Shown: positions 26,194 through 32,000 of the stretch, piece by piece
Layout of the letters: every line of letters begins with the position of its first letter
How positions within the stretch are numbered: the first letter of the stretch is position 1
Origin: Alkanindiges illinoisensis DSM 15370
GTDB taxonomy: Bacteria > Pseudomonadota > Gammaproteobacteria > Pseudomonadales > Moraxellaceae
Length of the DNA stretch: 32,000 nucleotides
Assembly: GCF_000619845.1 (NCBI RefSeq)
Contig: NZ_KK211037.1
Span: forward strand, 150,001-182,000
Direction: 5' to 3'
The notes under the pieces: generated by a model
What the model was told of the DNA's origin: nothing
Databases searched by the model: none
The model's input: the letters and a program-made list of their open reading frames with translations, nothing else
Translations under genes and position numbers: made by a program

Positions 26194-26658
26194 ATGAGTG
26201 AACAAACCCCAGATCAACTGATCCGTATGACGTATGTGAGTAAAGCAACTTTCACACCGCTGAGTGACAAAAACGAAGGTTACGATAGAAATGTGATCAA
26301 TATTTTAACCACCTCCCGTCGCCAAAACCGGAAAAATAAATTGGTGGGTGCGCTGTATTTTGGCAATGGTTATTTTTTTCAATGTTTAGAAGGCACTAAA
26401 CAACATATTGATGCATTATATGCCAAGCTGGAAAAGGATGAGCGTCATACTGAGCTAAAGGTATTATCACTTGAGCCAATTGAAAAAGTCACCTTTTCAT
26501 CGTGGGAAATGAAATATGCAGCTATTGACCAGGAAGTACCATCCTTTTTAAAAAGCTATGGATTAGATAAGTTTAACCCCTATCATTTTACGCCAGAAAT
26601 GACTGCTGAGTTAATCAATATACTGCAAAAAGCCAGTGAAGGTCTGGCAGAGGCCTAG
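26194..26658 (+). CDS. BLUF-domain blue-light photoreceptor, short soluble form (paralog 2, BlsA-like)
   Basis: 154-aa ORF with the same hallmarks (RMTYVSKAT, FFQCLEG, DERH, SSWEMKY). About two thirds identical to paralog 1 by eye. Confidence 0.88.
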   Translation: MSEQTPDQLIRMTYVSKATFTPLSDKNEGYDRNVINILTTSRRQNRKNKLVGALYFGNGYFFQCLEGTKQHIDALYAKLEKDERHTELKVLSLEPIEKVTFSSWEMKYAAIDQEVPSFLKSYGLDKFNPYHFTPEMTAELINILQKASEGLAEA

Positions 26659-26800
26659 TTAAAAAACTGATAAGACAGTCGACTCAACGAACAATATAGA
26701 CCTTACCATGACCATATTCTGGCTTAAATAAAGCGCGGGCTTTTGCCTGCTGGCAGGTTTGCGCGAAAGTTCGTAAAATTCACTTTTTGCATTCACGGGT

Positions 26801-27607
26801 ATGGATATGGCACTTGAATGGGCTTTAGCCTTTATTGGGCTGGGAGCATTTGCCGGTTTTATGGCAGGCTTGCTGGGTGTGGGCGGTGGCGGCATCATGG
26901 TGCCATTACTCACCACCATTTTTCTGGCCATGGGCCTTGCGCCGGACAATGTGGTGCATCTGGCACTGGGTACTTCTATGGCTACTATTGTGACCACCTC
27001 GTTTTCCAGCATGCGTGCACATCATGCCAACGGCGCAGTGCTGTGGGACATCGTCAGACGTATGGCACCGGCAGTGATTGCAGGAACGTTTCTGGCAACC
27101 TTTATAGCTGCGCAAATTCCATCGTTATACCTTGCCATATTCTTTGCATTGTTTATGGGCTATGTATCCATTCAAATGTTTTTAAACAAGAAACCCAGCC
27201 CCAGCCATAAGCCTGCGTCCAGTGCCGAGTTGCTGGGTGTCGGGGCGGGGATTGGTGCAATTTCAGCACTGGTGTCCATTGGCGGCGGTTCGCTCACAGT
27301 GCCATATTTAAGCTGGCGCAATATTGATATCAAAAAAGCCATTGGCACCTCGGCAGCAATGGGTTTGCCGATATCCCTGGCGGGTGCATGTGGCTATTTG
27401 CTCAACCATGATGCTGATCTGGCCACAATTCCCTATACGATTGGCTTTGTCTACTGGCCTGCCGTGTTGCTGATGTCAGTATGCAGTTTCTTTACCGCGC
27501 CACTGGGGGCAAAACTGGCGCATCGCTTGCCAGTTGCTACTTTAAAGAAAGTATTTGCCATACTACTGATGCTGCTGAGCCTGAAAATGCTGACTGCCTT
27601 ACTGTAA
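26801..27607 (+). CDS. sulfite exporter TauE/SafE family membrane protein (DUF81)
   Basis: 268-aa polytopic ORF with two repeated halves containing GLLGVGGGGIMVP and ALVSIGGGSLTVP. Confidence 0.85.
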   Translation: MDMALEWALAFIGLGAFAGFMAGLLGVGGGGIMVPLLTTIFLAMGLAPDNVVHLALGTSMATIVTTSFSSMRAHHANGAVLWDIVRRMAPAVIAGTFLATFIAAQIPSLYLAIFFALFMGYVSIQMFLNKKPSPSHKPASSAELLGVGAGIGAISALVSIGGGSLTVPYLSWRNIDIKKAIGTSAAMGLPISLAGACGYLLNHDADLATIPYTIGFVYWPAVLLMSVCSFFTAPLGAKLAHRLPVATLKKVFAILLMLLSLKMLTALL

Positions 27608-27702
27608 CGGCGTTGTTTTAATCACATTGTTTTAATAGATTTTTTAATAAGAACTTTATTTTGCTTAACGCTGAGAACACTTTTGCAAAATTAAAGATCA
27701 AT

Positions 27703-27753
27703 AAAAAAGCGGTGACTGTCTCAAATGCTGGCTGAAACAGTACACCGCTTTTT
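27703..27753. terminator. bidirectional terminator between convergent tauE-like and hisF genes
   Basis: AAAAAA GCGGTGACTGT ... ACAGTACACCGC TTTTT: a long imperfect hairpin flanked by an A-tract and a T-tract. Confidence 0.7.
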
Positions 27754-27779
27754 AGTCAGTTTTAAGCCTGATTTAGGCC

Positions 27780-28538
27780 TTACAGCCGCATTTCAATACC
27801 CTGATTGGCCAGATATTGCTTGGCTTCCGGAATGGTGTGCTGGCCAAAGTGAAAAATGCTGGCAGCCAGTACGGCATCAGCACCGCCCTGCAAAATACCA
27901 TCGGCCAAATGCTGCAAGTTACCCACGCCACCTGAGGCAATGACTGGAATATTGACGCTGGAGGTAATTTGCTTCATCAGACCCAAGTCATAGCCTGCCT
28001 TGGTGCCATCAGCATCCATACTGGTCACCAGTAATTCACCAGCGCCCAAGCCTGCCATTTTAATTGACCATTCTACCGCATCAATGCCCGTGGGCTTGCG
28101 GCCACCATGGGTAAAGATTTCCCACTTGTTGTCGCCCACTTTTTTGGCATCAATGGCCACGACAATGCATTGCGCACCAAAACGGGCCGAGGCTTCACCC
28201 ACAAACTCGGGGGTAAATACCGCAGCCGAGTTAATGCTGACCTTGTCCGCTCCGGCATTGAGCAACTGGCGAATGTCTTCCAGCTTGCGCACGCCACCAC
28301 CCACGGTTAAGGGCACAAACACGCTTTCGGCCATGCGCTCGACAGTACGGTAAGTGGTATCACGGCCATGATGGGTGGCAGTAATATCCAGAAAAGTAAT
28401 TTCATCTGCGCCCTGTTCGTTGTAGCGCCGCGCGACTTCCACCGGATCACCGGCATCGCGGATATCCACAAACTGCACACCTTTGACCACACGGCCGTTA
28501 TCAACATCAAGGCAGGGAATAATACGTTTGGCCAGCAT
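27780..28538 (-). CDS. hisF: imidazole glycerol phosphate synthase cyclase subunit HisF
   Basis: 252-aa [23 protein letters not shown]...[10 protein letters not shown]...PLTVGGGVR...ASGGVG is canonical HisF. Confidence 0.95.
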   Translation of the reverse strand: MLAKRIIPCLDVDNGRVVKGVQFVDIRDAGDPVEVARRYNEQGADEITFLDITATHHGRDTTYRTVERMAESVFVPLTVGGGVRKLEDIRQLLNAGADKVSINSAAVFTPEFVGEASARFGAQCIVVAIDAKKVGDNKWEIFTHGGRKPTGIDAVEWSIKMAGLGAGELLVTSMDADGTKAGYDLGLMKQITSSVNIPVIASGGVGNLQHLADGILQGGADAVLAASIFHFGQHTIPEAKQYLANQGIEMRL

Positions 28539-28690
28539 AGCAAGTTCCAGTCAGGGCAGGAGAGTGGATGAAAGATGAAATACATGAACAGGCACGCACA
28601 ATAGCGCCATAACACGTTATTCTAGCGGTTGTATTTCAACGGCTATATTCTAGCAAATTTGACAGGCAAAAGCGTGCAGGCAGGGGATTT

Positions 28691-29659
28691 ATGTCAGTTT
28701 ATACCACCGTGGCACTGGAACAAGTACAACAGCTGGCTCAGCATTACCAGCTAACGCTCACTGGCCTTATCCCCATTCAGGCCGGAATTGAAAACACCAA
28801 TTATTTTGTGCACTTGGACACGCCGCAGCAACTGGTACTGACCATTTTTGAGGAAATGAGCCTCAATGACATTCACGAGCTGATTCCGCTGCTGGAGTAT
28901 CTTAAACAGCAAGGCCTGCCGGTTGCTGCACCACTGAGTGATCAGGCCGGACAGGTCATTCATTTTATCCAAACCAAGCCTGCACAACTGGCACCCCGCC
29001 TAATGGGCCAGCCGCCCATGCAACCCACTGTGCGGCAAGTGAGTGGAATGGCACGCACACTGGCCCGTTTGCACCTCACCTTGCGCACCTATCCGCTGCA
29101 CCGCGACAACAATCATGGACAGGTCTGGTGGCAGCATAGCCGTGATGAACTCATGCCCAGTTTAACGCCAGCAGACCAAGCATTATTAATCCAGAGTTTT
29201 GTGCAGTTTGAAGCCGCACAGCAGCAATATCCGGAGCGTCCCTGTGGCCTGATTCATGGTGATTTATTCCGTGATAACACTCTGTTTGATGGCAATACCC
29301 TGACTGGGCTGCTGGACTTTTCTGAACTGGCCTATGATGAGTGGTTACTGGACATTGCCATTTGCCTGAACGATTTTTGCAGCCAGTGGCCAAGCGTGGT
29401 ACTGGATTTGGCAAAGGCGCAGGCATTTATTCAGGCCTATCATCAGGTGCGCCCCTTAACCCGGGATGAGCAGCAGGCCTTACCTGTTTATCTGGCCATG
29501 GCTGCTTGCCGTTTCTGGCTATCCCGCCTGCAAATTGCCGCACGTAACCAGTTAGAGGCCCGCAGCGGTGAGCATATTTTGCAAAAAGATCCTGCCGAGA
29601 TGCGTGCCATGCTGGCGGATCGATTACACTCGCCACTTACAATTAATGGGTTGGAATAA
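28691..29659 (+). CDS. thrB: homoserine kinase, Pseudomonas-type (aminoglycoside phosphotransferase fold)
   Basis: 322-aa ORF. The N-terminus MSVYT...GIENTNYFV and the catalytic LIHGDLFRDNTLF motif match non-GHMP ThrB as in Pseudomonas. Confidence 0.85.
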   Translation: MSVYTTVALEQVQQLAQHYQLTLTGLIPIQAGIENTNYFVHLDTPQQLVLTIFEEMSLNDIHELIPLLEYLKQQGLPVAAPLSDQAGQVIHFIQTKPAQLAPRLMGQPPMQPTVRQVSGMARTLARLHLTLRTYPLHRDNNHGQVWWQHSRDELMPSLTPADQALLIQSFVQFEAAQQQYPERPCGLIHGDLFRDNTLFDGNTLTGLLDFSELAYDEWLLDIAICLNDFCSQWPSVVLDLAKAQAFIQAYHQVRPLTRDEQQALPVYLAMAACRFWLSRLQIAARNQLEARSGEHILQKDPAEMRAMLADRLHSPLTINGLE

Positions 29660-29665
29660 ACAGGC

Positions 29666-30325
29666 ATGCGTTATCAGGGACAAGTTATTGAATGGCATGA
29701 TGACAAAGGCTATGGCTTTATTCAGCCTTTGAATCCGGGTCAGGGTGAAAATAGAATTTTCCTGCATATCAAGTCATTTTCACAGCGTGGGCCGCGTCCA
29801 CTGGCAGGTGCAGTGCTGGAATATGAAGTGATACAGGATAGTAAGGGCCGCCTCAATGCCCAGCGGGTGAGTTATGTGCGTCGTCAAAACAAGGCAAAAT
29901 CAACTGACAAAATAGCTGACACTTTCTTGTCAAAGTCCTTGTTGCCATATCGGCAATATCCGCGACAGTGGCGCGGCTGGCTGATTACGCTGTATCTGGC
30001 ATTTATTGTGGCCTTAGGATTAACCCGGCAATTGCCATTGTGGTTTATGGTAATTCCGGTGCTGCTCAGTTGCCTGACCTATATGCTGTACGCTATGGAC
30101 AAACAAGCTGCACAGCAGGGCAGACGCCGCATTCCTGAAAAAAACCTGCATGTGCTGGCACTATTGGGCGGATGGCCCGGTGCATTGCTGGCCCAACAAA
30201 AACTTCGGCATAAATCGGCCAAAACCGAATTCCAGCAAGTATTTTGGGCAACTGTAGCGCTTAACTGGGTTTTGACCGGATTATTAACACTGCAAATAAT
30301 TCAGCAGTTTTTTGCATTATTTTAA
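29666..30325 (+). CDS. cold-shock domain + DUF1294 membrane protein
   Basis: N-terminal GQVIEWHDDKGYGFIQP (CSD RNP-1-like). C-terminal YAMDKQAAQQGRRRIPEKNLHVLALLGGWPGALLAQQKLRHKS is typical of DUF1294. It starts 6 nt after the thrB stop. Confidence 0.8.
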   Translation: MRYQGQVIEWHDDKGYGFIQPLNPGQGENRIFLHIKSFSQRGPRPLAGAVLEYEVIQDSKGRLNAQRVSYVRRQNKAKSTDKIADTFLSKSLLPYRQYPRQWRGWLITLYLAFIVALGLTRQLPLWFMVIPVLLSCLTYMLYAMDKQAAQQGRRRIPEKNLHVLALLGGWPGALLAQQKLRHKSAKTEFQQVFWATVALNWVLTGLLTLQIIQQFFALF

Positions 30326-30371
30326 AACCTTAGTTTAAATATCAAAGACGTATCACACGACCTTAATCCAA

Positions 30372-30400
30372 CAAAGGCACCCTGAAATAAGGTGCTTTGT
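30372..30400. terminator. hairpin between convergent DUF1294 and P450 genes; candidate terminator
   Basis: CAAAGGCACC N9 GGTGCTTTG (one bulge) with weak flanking T/A runs. Confidence 0.45.
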
Positions 30401-30437
30401 TATGGCTTGGCTAAAGTCTGATGACTAAGGCTCTGGC

Positions 30438-31844
30438 CTATGAGCTTGCCTTGAAGCGCAGGCGATAGGGACTAAGCGTACCGGGCAGCGGCAATTTGGG
30501 GTTTAACCGTGACGACAGCAATTCCAGAGAAGAAGATTGCAGTAACTCGGCCAGCATGTTGCTGGTAAGCAGTAACACCAGATTGCGCGCCGGGCATATG
30601 GCAGGCCCTTCACTAAACGGCAACAGCGGCCACTGTTTGGCAATAGCCGTGTTTTGCTGATTCAGCCACACTTCAGGTGCAAAGATATTGGCATAGGGCA
30701 GGTATTCATCATCACGGTGCAGCAACGGGGTATAAATAATCAGGCCGGTTTTTGCAGGCATAATGCCATTTTCCCACACTGTATCGCTCATGCTTTGCCG
30801 CAAGATAACCGGTGTAGTTGGCCAGAGGCGTAAGTTTTCCAGAATACAGGCACGCAAATAAGGCAGGTATTGCCGCGCCGAACCGGTATTGGCCTGTAGC
30901 TCTGCCTGTGCTTGTGCAGCTTGCTGCGGATGTGAGGCCAGCAAGGCCAGTGCCCGGAACACCGTCATCCCAGCGGGGTCAAAGGCAAATAGCCAGTGCG
31001 CTACCTGATCCGCCGGTGCGGTGGCGGCATCCTGTGGCATGTTGGCGATTAGCGCAGCAAGGCTGGGTTCTGGCGCTGACCCTGATTGTGCAGCCAGTTG
31101 AATATAATGATTAATCCGGGTGTGCAGCTCTTGCTGTAATGCCTTGTTGCGTGGATACATAAAAGCCCAGTTGGCATGGCCGCGCAGTTTATTTACCAGA
31201 TGCGTCAGGTGCTCATCATCACGCGCTGCGCTGCCAAACACCACACGGCGTACAATACGGAACCAGCAACTGGCAAAACGTGTCCAGTCCAGTTGCTGTT
31301 TATAGCCCAGACTATCCAGTAACTGACTGGCTTCCTCATTAACTACCCTCATAAAATGATCTGCCAGCCGGTGTACCGGCAATGCAGTATCCAGTACGGC
31401 TTCATTAAAATGCCGGCGCTTGCTACGCTCAGGATCTTGCGAAATCAGTACCCCATCCGGCTGAAAATGCGCCAGTGCGGCATGTTTTTCTCGGCTATCA
31501 GTCGCAAAGGGCTGATGGGTTTCCTGCAACACGCGATGCACATGTTCCGGCATAAATACCAATGCATAGTTAATGCCTTTGGGCAGGCGCAGTAATAGCG
31601 GATCATTGCCATACTTGTTGCGCAGCTTTTGCATATAGCGTACCGCATGTTTATCAAGACCCAGACTTTCTGCAATGCCAACCATGGCAGGCCGTCGAAT
31701 AATCACCCCTTTGGCCCAGGTTGGCCCCAGTACCTGAGCAAAAACATTAATGCTTTCCAGTAAAGTGGCGTGCGGCAGGGTATTTGTAGTGGTCATTGCC
31801 TGAGCGTCGGCCATAGCATGCTCCTGTTGTTTTGGATATTGCAT
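30438..31844 (-). CDS. cytochrome P450 with atypical Cys-ligand loop
   Basis: 468-aa ORF. ExxR motif in ILENLRLWP. Heme-thiolate loop PFSEGPAICPARNLV. An alternative start at M11 (nt 31814) has an AGGAG Shine-Dalgarno 7 nt upstream. Confidence 0.8.
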   Translation of the reverse strand: MQYPKQQEHAMADAQAMTTTNTLPHATLLESINVFAQVLGPTWAKGVIIRRPAMVGIAESLGLDKHAVRYMQKLRNKYGNDPLLLRLPKGINYALVFMPEHVHRVLQETHQPFATDSREKHAALAHFQPDGVLISQDPERSKRRHFNEAVLDTALPVHRLADHFMRVVNEEASQLLDSLGYKQQLDWTRFASCWFRIVRRVVFGSAARDDEHLTHLVNKLRGHANWAFMYPRNKALQQELHTRINHYIQLAAQSGSAPEPSLAALIANMPQDAATAPADQVAHWLFAFDPAGMTVFRALALLASHPQQAAQAQAELQANTGSARQYLPYLRACILENLRLWPTTPVILRQSMSDTVWENGIMPAKTGLIIYTPLLHRDDEYLPYANIFAPEVWLNQQNTAIAKQWPLLPFSEGPAICPARNLVLLLTSNMLAELLQSSSLELLSSRLNPKLPLPGTLSPYRLRFKASS

Positions 31845-32000
31845 GCGCTCTACCTTAAAACAAAGGCCAGTTTAAAAGCGCGATAGGATAAGTTGGTTTT
31901 ATGCTAATGGATGTTACGGGCTAAATTTAATCTCTAAAATTATGTTATTTCTTTAATGATTATTTCTTCTACACTATTGGATTTTGTCCAGACCTGAATC

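Noticed and set aside
26659-27210. ORFs 26659..27012 (minus) and 26818..27210 (plus, alternative frame) overlapping the tauE-like gene.
   Set aside because: They are shadow frames of a Gly/Ala-rich membrane-protein gene. Their translations are Cys/His/Arg-rich nonsense.
14808-30356. Shared 11-mer CAAAGACGTAT near 14812 and 30344.
   Set aside because: By my rough estimate, dozens of 11-mer matches are expected by chance in 32 kb. The flanks do not extend the similarity.
1-32000. Scanned for CRISPR-like spaced repeats, tRNA T-loop/acceptor patterns, rRNA, IS terminal repeats with transposase ORFs, and integrases.
   Set aside because: None was recognised. The only GGTTCGA-like T-loop resemblance (8633-8640) is part of the palindromic repeat and lacks a tRNA cloverleaf context.

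Overview
The window looks like ordinary chromosomal DNA from a gammaproteobacterium. Gene content suggests Moraxellaceae or an Acinetobacter relative, but that is inference only. I support about 28 intact CDS on both strands. I recognise no rRNA, tRNA, CRISPR array, IS element, integrase or obvious pseudogene.

Left to right the genes are:
- cydB' (partial) and cydA, a CioAB-type cytochrome bd oxidase.
- A divergent copper-uptake pair: a DUF2946-like His/Gln-rich protein and an OprC-like TonB-dependent copper receptor.
- An alanine-racemase-fold ornithine/lysine decarboxylase, a GMC oxidoreductase and a short ClC-family anion transporter.
- The radical-SAM gene ygiQ, then a GST and a YafY/WYL regulator.
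- Three small or unknown genes, including a DUF4385 protein.
- An MdtD-like MFS pump, ybaK, a 4-TM protein and a LOG-family protein.
- A two-gene operon of a SAM methyltransferase and a COG2907-like FAD oxidoreductase.
- A YoaE-like TerC/CBS/CorC protein and an orphan KilAC-domain protein.
- Two tandem BLUF photoreceptor paralogs.
- A TauE/SafE exporter, hisF, Pseudomonas-type thrB, a CSD-DUF1294 protein and an orphan cytochrome P450.

I see no compelling multi-gene novel system such as a defence island. The observations most worth a second look are:
1. The tandem BLUF pair. The first copy ends in a predicted transmembrane tail anchor, and the pair shows patchy nucleotide identity that suggests gene conversion.
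2. The copper module, with a Met/Asp/His-rich loop insertion next to the CxxxM/HxM site and a His/Gln-rich DUF2946-like partner.
3. A perfect 14-bp inverted repeat that puts the same 14-nt sequence in both divergent 5' leaders of the yoaE-like gene and the oxidoreductase operon.
4. A ClC protein with non-canonical selectivity motifs.
5. A family of extragenic palindromic repeats with a GACARGCTC core, present at three loci.

All functional calls rest on my recognition of translated motifs. No database search was run. Hairpin and repeat coordinates were hand-indexed and may be off by 1-2 nt.
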